A stretch of 64,000 bases of DNA from the human T2T-CHM13v2.0 reference genome, Homo sapiens (GCF_009914755.1 NC_060936.1); one strand, 5' to 3'; positions 34,105 to 50,298 are shown, numbered from the stretch's first letter. Notes: generated by a model from the sequence alone, not told the origin. Made by a program: numbers and translations.

Positions 34105-36589
34105 CACACTTCTTATATGCCAGGTGTTGTGCTAAGTGATTTTTATATATACAATATACATACACTTTATCCTTACAACAGCCTCATGAGGCAGTGGTGT
34201 TATTCTCCTTTAACAGCCCAGACAATTAAGGCACAGTGAGGTTAAGTAATTTGTCCAAGATCATACAGTACTAATGCTAGGACTTGACATAATATGGCTT
34301 CTGAGTCTGTGCCTTTACTTACTACCCTGTATTGCTAAGTTAATAAACCATTAGTCCCAGCTATAAGAAACTGTTAGTGTAGTGGTTGGGGCAAAGGACG
34401 AGTAAGGGGTATATAGATGGAAAGATCAAAATGTAAACAACTACAGTGCAAAATGTAAAAAGTTCTATAATAGAGAATGTGCAAAAAGATATGGAATCAG
34501 AAAATTATCATGAGAAAGACATTCTTTTGCATGAACCATTTCTGAGCCTATTAGTCTCCATAGACTTTGATGGTCATAGAGTAACTGACAGTCCCAGAAG
34601 TAAACATAAATTACCTTGGAATAAATCAATATAAATTCATGGCACCATGTGTTAACTTTAACCGACTCGGGACAGTGGGCAAGCTATTTGGTGTATGTGG
34701 AAAGAGATGCAAAATCTTACTTGTCACATTCTGCCTGTCCTGAGCGAAGAGCTTGTTGCTCTGAAGTTGTGTCCCCAGGGCAGAAAGGGAAGAGGATTGT
34801 GTTCCTTCCCATTGCTCTTGCTAATCAAGGGGCCCTGTGTGCTCCAACAAGAGGTTCTTCTTAGTTGGATGAATGGATGTGTAGAGAGGCAAGAGGCCAG
34901 GACTTATGGGCTTAAGAATGTGTAAGATTTATTGGAGCTGCTGGTTAGAACACTGCTGTTTTCCTGAAATGGACCAAAATGCTCTCACACCAACCTTTCA
35001 CCAATAAAATAAATAGCCTCAGGTGTCCATCGACCTAAGGGGACCTGCTAGTAGTTGATATAATTGCCAAACCACTCACTGGGAACTTGACAGATGAGTC
35101 CTTTGGCTTTCAAACCAGGGTGAGACTTTGCACCGAAAAAGGAGACTAATGCTTTTTACAGAGAAATAGAAATTCCTATTTTCTTAATCTTTCAGATATT
35201 CAACAAATATTTATTGAGTGCCTACTACGTAACAGACACTGTTCCTGGAGATTGCAATATATCAATGAACAAAAGAAAGATTTATACCCTCATCGACCTT
35301 ATACTCTAGTGTAAGGAGATAGGTGATTAACGGTAGACCTACTAACTAGGTCAATAATGTATATGCTAGGAGGCTATAAAGTGTTATGGAAAAAGGAAAA
35401 AGTAGAGCAGAATAAGGTGAATTGAAAGCATGAGGAACTCATTGCAGAATTATCAGGGTAGGACTCATTGAGAAGATGATTTTTGAACAAAGACTTGAAG
35501 GTGTTGAGAGGATTAGCCAGGTGTTCATATGGGGAAAGAGTATATCAGACAAAGGAAACAGCAAGACAGGACTATGCCTGGTATGTTAAGGCTTCTATGG
35601 TGGCTAGAGCAGAGGGAGGGAGGGGAGACCAGGAAGATGGAAGAAATAAGAAGGACCTGATCCTTCGTGGGCTTGCAGGCCATTGTAGGGACTTCTACTT
35701 TTACACTGTAGGACCTTTACTCTTAATGAGATGGGACTGTATTGAGTTTTGAGCAGAGGAGTGGCATGTTTTGTCTTATGTTATAACCAGATCGCTCTGA
35801 CTCCTGTGTTGTGAGTTGACTTTATGTTAGCAAGAGTGGAAATAGGAAAACCGGATAGGATGCAATTGCAGTGACGAGAGATGATGCTGGCTTGGACCAG
35901 GTTACAAATAGCAGAAGTGGTGAGAAGTAGTTAGATTTTGAGAGTAGAAGTAGGTGGAGTTGCTATGGATTGGATGTAGTGTGTGAGAAAAACAATTTAA
36001 AAAGATGATTCAGATGACTATGAACACCATGATGGAGAAGGCTACAGGTGAGGCAGGTTGTTGGATCTACAAGTCTGGAAGTCAGGGAGGAAGTCTGGAT
36101 GGAAATATAAATGTGAGAGTTGTTGGTATACAGACGGTATTTAAAGCTAAAGGCTGGATGAGATTGCCAGGAAAGTGAGTGTGGATAGAGAAGGACGCAG
36201 ACCAAGGACTGAGCCTCTGAGCTTTCCAACATTAAGGGACTGGGAGAAGAGGAATCAGCAGAGGAGACTAAGATGGAGTGATCAGTGAGGTAGGAAGAAA
36301 ACCTAAATGCTAAATTCTGGAAACCAAGTGAAGAAAGTATGCCAAGGAGGAGGTAGAAATCAATTGTGTCAAATGCCACTGAGAAGTAAAAAAAAGTTGA
36401 GGACTGAGGATTGACCACTGGATTTAGCAACGTGGAGATCATTGGTGATTTTGCCAACAAAAGTTTTGTTGGATTGGTGGGAGAAAATCCAGATTGAAAT
36501 AGATTGACAAGTGAATGGGTGCATTTTATTATATGTATATCATACCTCAACTAAGTTGATTTAAAAACACAAAAAGATGGGAGAGTTGA

Positions 36590-37285
36590 TAGGATAACCC
36601 AAACCTGGAAATAACACAAATGTCCATCAACATTGGAATGGATTTTAGAAGTCATGGCATATTCATTCCATGGAATATTACAGACTAAGCAGGAGTCAGC
36701 AAACTACAGCCTGAGAATCCAATCCAACACTGGAACTGTTTTCATAAAGCGTGACTGGCACTCAGCCATGACCATTTGTTGAAGTATTGTCTTTGGGTGC
36801 TTTTGTGGGCTACAGAAGCAGAGTTGAGTAGTTGTGATAGACTTTATGGCCTACAAAGCCTAAAGTATTTATTTTCTGGTCTTTACAGAAAAAGTTTGCC
36901 AATTCTGGTCCAGAGCAATCAAAATGAGTGAATCATTGCTATTTATAGCAACATGGATTAATTTCCCAAATATAATGTTGAGGGGAGAAAGCCAGATACA
37001 AGAGTACACACTGTATGATTTCATGTGTATGAAGTTCAAAAACAGGAAAACTCATCTATAACAAGAAAACTATTCTAGCACTCTAGGTGCTAGAAGTTAA
37101 AATAGTGGTTACTTTGGGATGAGTGACTGGGAGGGGTTAGGAGGTGAGCTTCTGGGGTGCTGATAAGATTCTATTTCTTGATATGGGTGCTGGTTGCCAG
37201 GAGTGTTCAGTCTGTGAAGATTAACTGAGCGCTTAGGACTATGTGCACATTTCTAAATGTCTAAAATAAAGTTTACTAAAAATTA
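36590..37285 (+). mobile_element. L1M 3' end with nested MER58A-like element (about 36690-36908)
   Basis: acacaaatgtccatcaa...gcaacatggattaat; nested caggagtcagcaaactacagcc...agaaaaagtttgcc. Confidence 0.75.
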
Positions 37286-37360
37286 AAAATAGTAAGAGAA
37301 GAACTGGGTTATAGCAATTCTTTCATGAAGTTTTGCTGTAGAGCAGAGGAAAAAAAATGA

Positions 37361-37750
<390 letters not shown>

Positions 37751-38256
37751 AAAAGGTTTTTTTTAAGCTGGGAAAAATAATAGCATGTTTATATGTGGAT
37801 GGGAGGAGGAAATCAAAGGTTTAGAAAAGGAAGGGGAGAGTGCTGGAGTGATGGCCTAGAGCAGGTGAGAGGGGATGCATTCTGGTGCACAGGGGGAGGG
37901 ACTGACTTTGGACAGGAGTGCAGGGAGTTCATCTATGCTACCAGCACATTTTGATTAAGTGAAGACACCTACAATCTGGTGCCTACCTTTAAGAATGGTA
38001 AAAAATAATTCTGGGAAGATCATAACCCCTTTATGATCTTCCCAAAGCATTTCCCTATTTGCCACTTCATGAAAAATAATTTCACTAATAGTGAACACTT
38101 TACAAGTGCATTCACAGAGATCTCATTCAATACTTGTCTTCTAATGAATGCAACATATTTTCTGTCTCTTTAGTGAGATGACACAGAGCAGCTCAGAGTA
38201 CGTAAAGCGATAGTCTACAGTCTCTGTAATCAAGCCAGGGCTGTGACCAAGGTCTC

Positions 38257-38727
38257 TGTGTTAGTTTGCCAGGACTGACATAATAAAGTGGCTTAAACAA
38301 CAGAAATATGTTGTCTTACAGTTCTGGAAGGTAGTCTTGAGATCAAGGTGCTGCCAGAATTTGTGCTTTCTGGGGGCTGTGAGGGAGAATCTCTTCTGTG
38401 CTTCTCTCCTGGTATCTGCTGGTTTGCTGGCAGTATTCTGTGTTCTTTGCTTCGTAGATGCATCGCCCTGATCTCTCTTTTCATACTCACATGGTGTTCT
38501 CCCTGTGCCCAGGTCTGTTTGTGTCCAAATTTCCCCTCTTTATAAAGACACTTGTTTTATTGAATTAAGGGCCTGTCCTATTCTAGTATGACCTCATCTT
38601 AACTAATCACATCTGCAAACTCATCACATCTGTTTCCAAATAAAGACACACTCTGAGGGACTGGGAGTTAAGGCTTCAACATGTTAATTGGGGCGGTGGT
38701 GGGGGGGAACACAATCCAACCCATAAA
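38257..38727 (-). mobile_element. MLT1 solo LTR
   Basis: tgtgttagtttgccagg...gcttaaacaacagaaat...acacaatccaacccata. Confidence 0.85.
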
Positions 38728-38930
38728 AGTCTCCTAATGCCACATTTAGTGTCAGGCTTAATGACAGTAGATCAGGCAACTGCAGACTAAGTAGAATTTG
38801 AGGATCAGTGTGATTGAAAAGGTCTTTCTTGTGCATCACTCAGCCTGGCAGTCCTATCATTTGAATGTGTTTTCTTTGATGTAACTCTAATGTGACTCTT
38901 TTGATCTGTTTAAAGAAGCAGAATCTTGAA

Positions 38931-39085
38931 AGCCAGGTACAGTTGCATGTGCCTGTAGTCCCTGTTACACACAGGTACAGGAGGCTGAGGCAGGAGGATT
39001 GTTTAAACTCAAGAGTTCAAAGCCAGCCTGGGCAACACAGCAAGCCCTTGTCTCTAAAAAAATTTTTTTAATAAATAATAAATAC
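38931..39085 (+). mobile_element. FLAM monomer
   Basis: Single Alu arm. Confidence 0.8.
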
Positions 39086-40267
39086 ATTTCCAAAAAGAAA
39101 GCAGAACTTGAAGAATAAGAGGGAACACAGGAAAGGCGAAGACTAAAGAGATTTGTGGGGCAAAGTGTTCCTCTCAGGAAGGCTTTCACCTCGTTTGGCC
39201 CACAATCGCATGCATTGATTCATGTTTGTCTTTTATAACGTAAAAGCAGCATCCCTAGGCTTTATCCCTGAGATTCTGATTCTGCAGCCCTGGGGCCCAG
39301 GAACCTGCATTTTAGCATGCTTTCAGGTGATTCGGGTGTCACACTTTGAGAAAGATTTCTCTAGGGAGCCAGTGGTTCATGGTGTGGGGAAATTGAAGCA
39401 ATAAGACCCTGGGTTAAGGCAAGACTGGGCCTTGCCATCCAGACAGAAGGGACAGAACCATAAGGTTAGAGCTGCAAAGGCCCACAATGACTGTCAAGGT
39501 CACCTCCTCACTTTCCAGATGAGAAAACAGAGTCCAGAGATGGTGAAGCTAGAGCGTTGTGAACGCTGAAGAGCAGAAGGAGAAAAACAGGATTTAAATA
39601 TAACAAGAAGATTGCAATGGATCAAATGAAAAGAGAGAAGAGATATGTGAAAAGCTATCTCTTAAGCCAGTGTCTAGACCAGATAATGTCTCTGCTCTCC
39701 TTATCAGGTCACAGACATTGCCGTGCTTCAAGGGTGGACCACTTCCATGCTTATGAGGCAAGCCCAAGTTCCTGAAGCAAGTACTTGCTCACAAAGAAGC
39801 TGGTTATTTGCTGGGTTTAACTGCTTCTCAGGGCACTGCACTATCCTTAGCATGCCAAGATTAAATAAGAATCTCAAGAAAACATTTTTGGCATGCAAAG
39901 ATAAAATAAGAAACCAAGAGAAACACTTTGCATGATGATCTTCAATTAACTATGATTCTTCATAGACTTCCTGACAACAGTCTTAGTATAAGCATCTGTA
40001 GCTGCGCCGTTCTTTGCTTTGGTGTCACCTTTATGACCCCATTTAGTGTGCACAATAACCCTGTAACAGGTATTACCCTCAATGGGCAGATATTTTAAAG
40101 GTGAAAATCTGATCATGCCTTTTCCCAGCTTACAATCATTCAGTGATTCCTTACTGTTCATCCATTGGCTTGGGAAATATGTTCCAAGTTAACAATCTAA
40201 AAAGGAAAAAAAGGCAATTTGTATAACAATGTACGTAGTACCTTTATTCACAGTATTATAAATTTTG

Positions 40268-40624
<357 letters not shown>

Positions 40625-42290
40625 CTATGAATACACTGGAATACTCTGTACCTACTTTAAATAATAAGAATCCGGTCTACACTGCGGCATGAGTGTGTGT
40701 CTAAATGTATGTCTAATAGTGGTTTAATTGTGAAATCAACCTAACCAACTGGCTAATGAACAACCTGATTTCAACTGTGTCAAAATGGACACACTGACAA
40801 AGACTAGATGATACCAACAAGGGGCAAAGTATTTGATATTGTATGTGAATCAGATCTTCTGTTTAAGTGTGACAAAAGATTTAAATGGAGAAGATAATGG
40901 CTTTGGAATTTTCTTCTGGGGGCACTCACATAGGATTTTATACTGAGATTAAAACCGTAAGACCTTGGTACAATGAGAGTGGGCTGGGGACATGGTGGCA
41001 GTTTTATGTGGAGATGTCAGTGTTTAGATCAAGTCCGAATGGGGGCATGGCGGGCAGACTATAGCTGACTTCGTGGACCCATTGCTCACATGCACACTTG
41101 GCCTGCAGGCACCTCAGCTACTGCTACCACAGCAGTTCAAGGCTAGTAAGAAGTCACAGAGGAGGAAAAGAACTGCCCTATTAACTGCAAGGGAAAAACT
41201 GGTCAGACTTGATCAAGCAGAACATGAGTGGTGATGTCAAGCTGACCTTATGTATGGTTTCAAAGAGGCTCCAGGAACAGTTCACCCAGTTCTCCTCTCT
41301 TTATTGGTATTTTTTGTGGTTCAAGTCATAAAAGCATGGTGCTGAAGGCTCACTATTAATGCACACAAATGCCTGAAGTACCTGAACTGCATGCAATATC
41401 TATTCAAGTGTGTTTATTAGGTCTCTTCCAGTTCCCTTTCAAGACTTTTTTCCCCCACCACATACACCTAAGTCTAAGAGTATTAGCCTCTTGTCCCTTT
41501 CCGTGAACAATGTTATCGTGAATCCAGTCCTCTTTAGGTTTACTGTTTCACTGTGTGCAGTGGAGGAATAAGTTGAATGGTTAGGAAAGATGTTGCCCTT
41601 CTAGATTCTGTGGGTTTTCTGCCTTTGTAATCTGGTATCTCAACTTGGTTTATGCTGGCTTGATTTAAAAAAAAAACACAAAAAAACCTGGCTCATGTAT
41701 CCCAAACTCATATGAGCCTGATCTGTATGTAAACTGAGAAAATCAGTTTAATCATTTATAATGAGAAATGTAGCAGCCAAGAGCCAAGATATTTATGTTG
41801 GCCAGTTTGTGAGTTCCCTTCCCATGAAGAAAGCCCAACGATGAGAAGGTTGTTGCTGTGTGAGCTTATGTTATTCACATAAGGAAGGGGTCTAAGAGAT
41901 ATTTATTTACAAATTGATCAGCCTAAAATTCCCTGACTCCCTTTTCAATGTCTACTCCTCTAAAGGCCCGGCTTCCAGCCACCTAGTCTGCAAAACTTGT
42001 CTTACCCCTGAGCTCTTGGGAAAAATTAATCATTAATCCTGCCAGGCTACCATAACTTTTGTACCTCTATTATAGCACCTATCACATTGTGTTCCAGTAG
42101 TTATTGATGTACCTGTCACCTGTCTCCCCTGCTATATCAGTAATTAGGGCAGAGACTCTCATCCACTTTTGTTTCTCTAATATCTAGTACATAATAGGTG
42201 CTTGGGACAGGGTTGCTAAATGAATGACTGAATGAATGAATGACTGAATGAATAAATGAATGAAATTATATCTCCATCTACCCTAAGGGC

Positions 42291-42642
42291 CTTTTTTTTT
42301 TTCCTTTTCTTTCTTTCTTTCTTTTTTTTTTTTTTTTCTGAGGCAAGGTCCCATTCCCGTCACCCAGGCTGGAGTGCAATGGCACAATCACAGCTCACTG
42401 CAGCTTCAACCTCCCAATGTAGCCTCAACCTCTCAAGTCTCAGGTGATCCTCCCACCTCAGCCTCATGAGTAGCTGCGACTACAGGCATGTGACACCATG
42501 CCCAGCTGATTTTTGTATTTTTAGTAGAGACATGGATTTGCCTTGCTGCCCAGGCTAGTATCGAACTCGTGGGCTCAAGCGATCCATGCACCTCAGCCTC
42601 CCAAAGGGCTGGGATTACAGGCATGAGCCACCGTGCCCGGCC
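42291..42642 (-). mobile_element. AluJ
   Basis: Antisense dimer with small internal duplication; TSD-like ccctaarggcctttt. Confidence 0.9.
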
Positions 42643-43108
42643 CCTAAAGGCCTTTTATAAATCAGGTTTCATTAAATGGATGTAGATAGGTATTAAGAGT
42701 AATTGGTGGGGGGATGGGATGGGGCAGGAGGGAAAGAGAGAAAGAGAATCCTGTCCCCTAACCGTGACAGACCTGCCTTAGCATTATACTATGGGGAACC
42801 CATAAAAGCCAGTTGTAGGCAATACCCAATGCTTCACGTTTTCACCCAGAATTATCTGCTTGTCTGCTTCATCTCTATTATTCCCTAGCCTTATCTTAGG
42901 CCCTGGCTTACATATGCCTTGAACTGCCTCCTTATTTTAGTGAACAATTTGATCTCCTCTTCAAACATATTGATTTGGGTTCTCCCAACTCACCTTTTCC
43001 CCATCCTCTCTACTGTCTTCTGCTCATCCTCAGGGTGCTTTAGAGCCCTAGTTTGTAAAGCACCAACAGCATCAGCCTCTTCCATGAACTTTTTAGAAAT
43101 GTACAACC

Positions 43109-43755
<647 letters not shown>

Positions 43756-43935
43756 CTAAGGGTAGGTCCCAAAACTACTGAGTCAGAATCTGCATTTTCA
43801 CAAGACCCCTAAGCGTTCTGTCTGCACAGTAAAGTGGAAGGAGCTCTGCTTTATGTTTAATGATGACCACTGCTCCTGGTTCATGATTTTCTTCTCAACC
43901 TTGTCTCCTGTTGTTCTCAAGACGTCAACATCCAT

Positions 43936-44820
43936 TGTATTAGTTATCTATGACTACATATCAAGTCACTCCACCTTAGCAGCTTAAAACAACAAACATA
44001 TATTGTCTCACAGTTTCTGTGAGTCAGGAATCTGGGCAACACTTATCTGGGTCCTCTGGCTCGGGGTCTCTCACAAGACTGCAGTTGAGTGTTGACTGAG
44101 GCAGCCGTCATCTAAGGCTCTGCTGGGGAGGATCTGCTTCCAAGCTCACTCATGTGGCTGTTGGCAGACTCAAGTCCTCATGGGTTGTTGGACTGAGGAC
44201 TCATTTCCACCCTGGCTGTTGGCCAGAGACCTCCCTCAGTTCCTTGCCTGGTTGGTCTCTCCACTGGGCAGCTCACGACATGGCAGCTGGCATCATTCAA
44301 GCAAACAAAAGCAACAGCAAAATAAAGCAAACAAGGTGAAAGCCAGAGTATTTTTGTAACCTAATCTCAGAAGCAAGAGCCCACCATTTTTGCCACATTT
44401 TATTTGTTAGAAGTGAGTTGGCTGGGCACGGTGGCTCACGCCTTAATCTCAACACTTTGGGAGGCTGAGGCAGGCAAATCACAAGGTCAGGAGTTTGAGA
44501 GCAGCCTAGCCAACATGGTGAAACCCCATCTCAACTAAAGATACAAAAAATTAGCCAGGCCTGGTGGTGGGCACCTGTAATCCCAGCTACTCGGGAGGCT
44601 GAGATAGGAGAATCATTTGAACTCAGGAGGCAGAAGTTGCAGTGAGCTGCACACCACTGCACTCCAGCCTGGGCGACAGTGTGAGACTCCATCTCAAAAA
44701 AAAAAAAAAAAAAAAAAAGAAGTGTCACTAGACCTATACTCAATGGGGTAGGGGATTATACAAGGGTGAGACTAACAGGAAGTGGGGGTCACTAGGGGCT
44801 CTCTTAGAGGTTGCCTACCA
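43936..44820 (-). mobile_element. MLT1 solo LTR, split by a sense Alu (44420-44718)
   Basis: tgtattagttatcta...gcttaaaacaacaaac...gcctacca. Confidence 0.8.
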
Positions 44821-44829
44821 AATCCATGT

Positions 44830-45715
44830 TCATTTTCATGCAGGAACTTGGCTGACTAGTTTCTACTTCAGTTACACACTTGCATGGCCATACCTGGGAC
44901 CTCAACACCACTTGGAATTTTATATTCTCGAAACTATCACCCTCTGTGCTTGTTATATTGACCACAACTTATCACTCTCTCTACTTGTCCCACCTCTTCA
45001 CTCCTATTGGACCATCCTTCAGAGCAAACATGACTACGTACCCTTTTCAGCCTTTCTTGTTATAGCTTGTTAATGCCATTCCTGTCTTACTCAAAGCTCC
45101 GCATAGAGAGCTTCCTGTGGCTGGCTAGTTATATATGGGTATACTAAAGAACTAGAGGCGTGCACACTCCACACTCACCTGTTTGATTTGTGGGGTTGTC
45201 ACTTTCCCTTCCTTCACGTTAGGGAAAATCCAGCATTCTTGGGCTTTTTTCCTACTCCCAGGTTGATGGGCATGCCTGAAGAAAATCATGCCATCATGTA
45301 GGTGCGGTTCACTATCCATGTACACCACTTTCACCGCGGCACCACCTCTCCAGGAATGCATCCCTACAGAATTTATCCAGCGGCATTTCCAGAGCTTTCT
45401 CACTTGCCTCAAGTCCCCAAACCCACCTTTACTATTCTGGGTCCAGTCTTAGGTTTCCTCTTGTGGAAGGCCATTCCCAGCTTTGCTAGCTCCACTTTAA
45501 GAATGTCCTCATCTCTTCACTCATTATGGTTTGTCCCTCTGGTCTCAGAGGAAGAGGTGCTGATCATCCTCTCTGGATCTGAATGCTCCACGTGTCCTTA
45601 TGTCCTATCTTATCCCACTTCCTCTTTGACTTTGTTCCATCAGTTCCTCTCCTTCTCTCCCTGCTGCGTCTTTCCTTCAACTTGCAAATATGCCCACAGT
45701 AAAAACAATCTCCAC
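44830..45715 (+). mobile_element. Degraded L2 ORF2 fragment
   Basis: catggccatacctgggacct...gaagaaaatca...gtctcagaggaagaggtg. Confidence 0.55.
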
Positions 45716-45722
45716 TGGTAAC

Positions 45723-46027
45723 TTTTTTTTTTTTTTTTTTTTTTTTAGAGACAGAGTCTTGCTCTGTCACCCAGGCTGGAGTGCAGTGGCGCGATCTCGG
45801 CTCACTGTAAGCTCCGCCTCCCGGGTTCACGCCTTCTCCTGCCTCAGCCTCCCAGGTAGCTGGGACTACAGGCGCCCGCCACCTCGCCCGGCTAATTTTT
45901 TGTATTTTTAGTAGAGACGGGGTTCCACCGTGTTAGCCAGGATGGTCTCGATCTCCTGACCTCGTGATCCGCCTGCCTCGGCCTCCCAAAGTGCTGGGAT
46001 TACAGGCGTGAGCCACCGCGCCCGGCC
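45723..46027 (-). mobile_element. AluY
   Basis: CpG-rich, with AluY diagnostic positions. Confidence 0.95.
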
Positions 46028-46440
46028 CACAGTTCCTTTTTACAAAAATAATTATGATAATAATTACCTTGTTTTTCTCTTTGTTTTGTTTTCTATGTAC
46101 TTGTCTCAGTTGATCATTTCCTCTCCCAGAGTCGTAAAATTTCTCTGTATATTCTATGGTTAATACATCAGCTAATCTGTCGGTCTCACAGTTCGGGTTT
46201 TTTCCCCCCATCTTTTAAAAACAGGCTTTTTGAGGCCTCCATTGTCCTATTCCTATTTGTGACTGGCTGCTCTTTAGGCCTGCTGCACTGCAGGCTACCT
46301 GGGACTTCCGGTCATTCCCTTCTCCTCTCTCCTGCATAAGATTCTTTTGCTTGGATTCCATGTATGCCCCTTTCTTGGTTTCTTCCATTGTTTTGATGGA
46401 ACACTTTCTCCAACAGCAACCTTAGAAGGGGTGCTTAGAA

Positions 46441-46739
46441 GGGACGCGGTGGCTCACACCTGTAATCCCAGCACTTTGGGAGGCCGAAGCGGGCAGATCA
46501 TTTGAGGTCAAGTGTTTGAGACTAGCCTGGCCAACATGATGAAACCCTGTCTCTACTAAAAATACAAAAAATTAGCCAGGCGTGGTGGCGGGAGCCTGTA
46601 ATCCCAACTACTTAGAGGCTGAGACAGGAGAATTGCTTGAACCCAGGAGGGGGAGGTTGCAGTGAGCAGAGACCGTGCCACTGCCCTCCAGCCTGTGTGA
46701 CAGGGTAAGACTCTGTGTCAAAAAAAAAAAAGAAAAAAA
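46441..46739 (+). mobile_element. AluS
   Basis: Full dimer. Confidence 0.95.
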
Positions 46740-47329
46740 TGGGGGTGCCCGGAAGTAAATTTTTTGAGACCTTGAGAGACTGCATATGTGAAATGTCTTT
46801 AGTTTACCCTTACACGTGATTTGTGATTTGTATAGAATTCAACATTGGAAATCCATTTTGATGACAATTTTGAAGTCATTGTTTTATCGTTGTCTAGGAT
46901 CTAGTATTGCCATGAGAAGTTTAATGCCATTCTGTTTCTCCTTCCTGCATGGTCTTTTTTGTTTCTCTATATTACCTTAGGATTTCTGGCAATTAATTCT
47001 TGTAAATTGTCTTTAATTATTTGACTATTGCTCTCAATTTTTCTCTATTAGTTTGAAATTTTGATCAGTTGGATGCTAAATTTCCTGTGTTGAGTTTCTA
47101 ATCTTCTTATCCTTTCCTTCCTCTTTTCTACTGTCTTAGTAGACATATTTTCCAATCCTATTAAATTTTCTATCCGCTATTACATTCTTAATACTTACAA
47201 ATTTTTCTAATTCTCTGAATGTTCCTTTTTAGGAGTATCTTATTATTGTTTAAGGAGTACTTACTAAAGTAAAGATGCAATACTTTATCTTGTCTTTCTT
47301 AGAATATTAGTTATAATTGTAATTTATAA

Positions 47330-47694
<365 letters not shown>

Positions 47695-48694
47695 ATAAGT
47701 TCATTTTTTAAAGTTTTGGGGGTTTTTTCTATATTTTGTATTGGAATCTTTCTTCTATATGTCTTCTAATATCTGGTGACCCTTGGTGGTCTCTTGATTT
47801 AAGAATGAGGCAATAAAAAGTCCATTGCAACCTCTGTGCATGGCAGGTTGATTAGGCAGGGCTCTCTTCCTCTTTCCCAAAATGCTTTTCTCTTGGGAAG
47901 CCAGCAGCTCCAATAACAAATATTCTAATCTCCTCCCTGAAGATGGTGTACTGTAAGTCTGTCAGCTAGTGTCTAAAGCCAATGGTATAAAAAGGCTGGA
48001 GACCTCATTGTTCAATATGTAGACTGTCACTGAATGCCCAATAGTTGCAGGGTCCAGAGTTGTTCGGGTTCAATCTCTCCAGATAGAAGCATTTCTTTTT
48101 TCTGCAAGAATGGGTCTATCTATCAGTCAGGTTAATTAAAGAACACAGAAACCAATGTAGATTTTTTTTTTTTTAGCAGAGAAAGATTTAATTCAAGTAA
48201 TTAGGAATTTCCAAATTTATTGGAAGGGCTTGAGAAGAAGGCTACACCAGTTCACAGTATACAACAGTGAACAAAACAGACCAAAACAACTCTTAGTTCA
48301 TGGAGTTTACATTCTAGTGTAGAAAGAGAAGCAATAAACACAATAAAAAAGCAAAATTTGTTATATGTTAAATTTTACATACTTTATGATAAGTGCTATA
48401 GAGAGAAATAAAGCAGGGAAGCCGGATAGGATTTCTGGGACCATTTAAAATAGAGTGGTGAAGGAAGGCCTCACTGATAAGGTGACATTTGAGTAAAATC
48501 CTAAAGAAAGCAAGGAAGCAGGCCATAGAGATATTTGGTGGAAGGGCATCTTAGGTAAAGGGAACAACAGATGCAAGGGCCCTGAAGTGGGAGCATAAAT
48601 TATGTATTTAAGAAACAGCAAGGAAGCTACTGTGGCTAAAGCTGAATGAGAAAAGTGAGGGTCATAAGAGATGAGATCTGAGCAGTAAGATGGG

Positions 48695-48696
<2 letters not shown>

Positions 48697-48736
<40 letters not shown>
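48697..48736. repeat. (GT)20 microsatellite
   Basis: Direct reading. Confidence 0.95.
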
Positions 48737-48740
<4 letters not shown>

Positions 48741-49539
48741 ATGTGTGCAAAATGTAAGGCATTGTGGACCATTATAATGATTTTTTTCTCTTGGTGAGGT
48801 GATATTTTTCCATTTGAGGAAAGGAAAATTTGGACAAAGGAATAACACAGTCTTACTGTTTTAAAAGGCGCACTCTTGGGGACAAGAGCAGGAGTAAACT
48901 GAGTGGCTTTCAGAATAACCTGGACAAGAGATGATAGTGGCTTGGACTATGATAGTGATGCAGGTGGTAAAAAGTGATTAGAGATAATTAAAAGATAACC
49001 CATGAGTAATTATGACCCAACTAAGCTTGGGTAACATTCATTGGGTAGTTATTGATTAACTTTTGTTTTCCTACTCTAGAGGAACTTTCTCTAGTAATGC
49101 CTAGGAGCTGAGGCTGTGATGGAGAATGCAAAGGTGACCACCCCATTGGTGGGGATTGGTATGGCTGTAACAGTAAGTGGGCAAAGATGATCATGGCTTG
49201 GGCCAAGGTGGTACTAGTAAAGGTGGTGAGAAGTTTCCAGACTCTGGATTTATTTTGAAAATAAAACCAAGATTTGTTGATAAATTGGGCATGGAATGCA
49301 AGCAAAAGTGAGAAATCAGTGTGACTGTAGTTTTTTGTCCCCTTTTTTTTTGTTATTGTTGGAGTTTACATTAGTGATAATGACAAGACTTCAAGAAGAA
49401 CAGATTTTGTGGGAAATATCAGGAGCTCATTTTGAACCTGCTGAGTTCGAGATGCCTTTGATACATCTAAATGTAGATGCCAAGTTGGCAACTGGATATA
49501 TGAGCATAGAGCTCAGGAGAGTTTAAAGAAAATTTTATT

Positions 49540-50008
49540 AGTTAACATTGTTGAGGTAACTAACAAGCACCAAATCTCAGTGGATTACAGCAACAAACGT
49601 TCATTTCCTGCTCTTGCTACATATGGGCTACAGATTGATTACAGCTCTGCTCTAGGTTGTGGGCCAGCAAATAGGTCGGATTCAAGTGTCTTCTAATCTT
49701 GTGCCTAGGCTAAAAGAACAGCCCCTGTCTGTGCTATACTCGTGGCAAAGGGCAGAAGCAAGAGAGACCAAACTAATCCATTCAATCCAGTTTAAAGATT
49801 CTCCTTGCATATGGTGTACACCACGTATTTCCATTCTATTCCATTCCACCAGCCAAAAAAAGTCACATAACTCAGCCCTGCAATGTGGCAAAAAATGTAT
49901 ACTCTGCTCAGCAGAGGCATTTAAAGACAAATCCAAAGGGTGCGGATGTATAATAGTCATAGAAGGGAGAAAGCAAGTAGTTGTAAACCATAATTTAATC
50001 TACCACAA
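49540..50008 (-). mobile_element. Old MLT1 LTR
   Basis: taacaagcaccaaatctcagtgg...aatctaccaca. Confidence 0.65.
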
Positions 50009-50298
50009 AGTGAGTATAGATAGTGAAGAGAAGAAATCCAAAGCCTGAGATATTTCAATATTCAGAGGTCAGGGAAATAAGGAGAAACCAACAAAGGAGA
50101 CTGAGAAGGAAGAGATAGTAAGGTAGGGAGAAACATTGGAAGTCAAGAAAAGAAAGTGTCTCCAGAAGAAAGGAGGGATCAGCTGTGTCCCATACTGCTC
50201 ATAGGTCAAGCAAGATGTGGGCTGACATTGACCATTACATTTAGCAATGTGGAAATATTGAGTGATAGTGATGACAGAGTTAATGGCATGGTGGGGGA

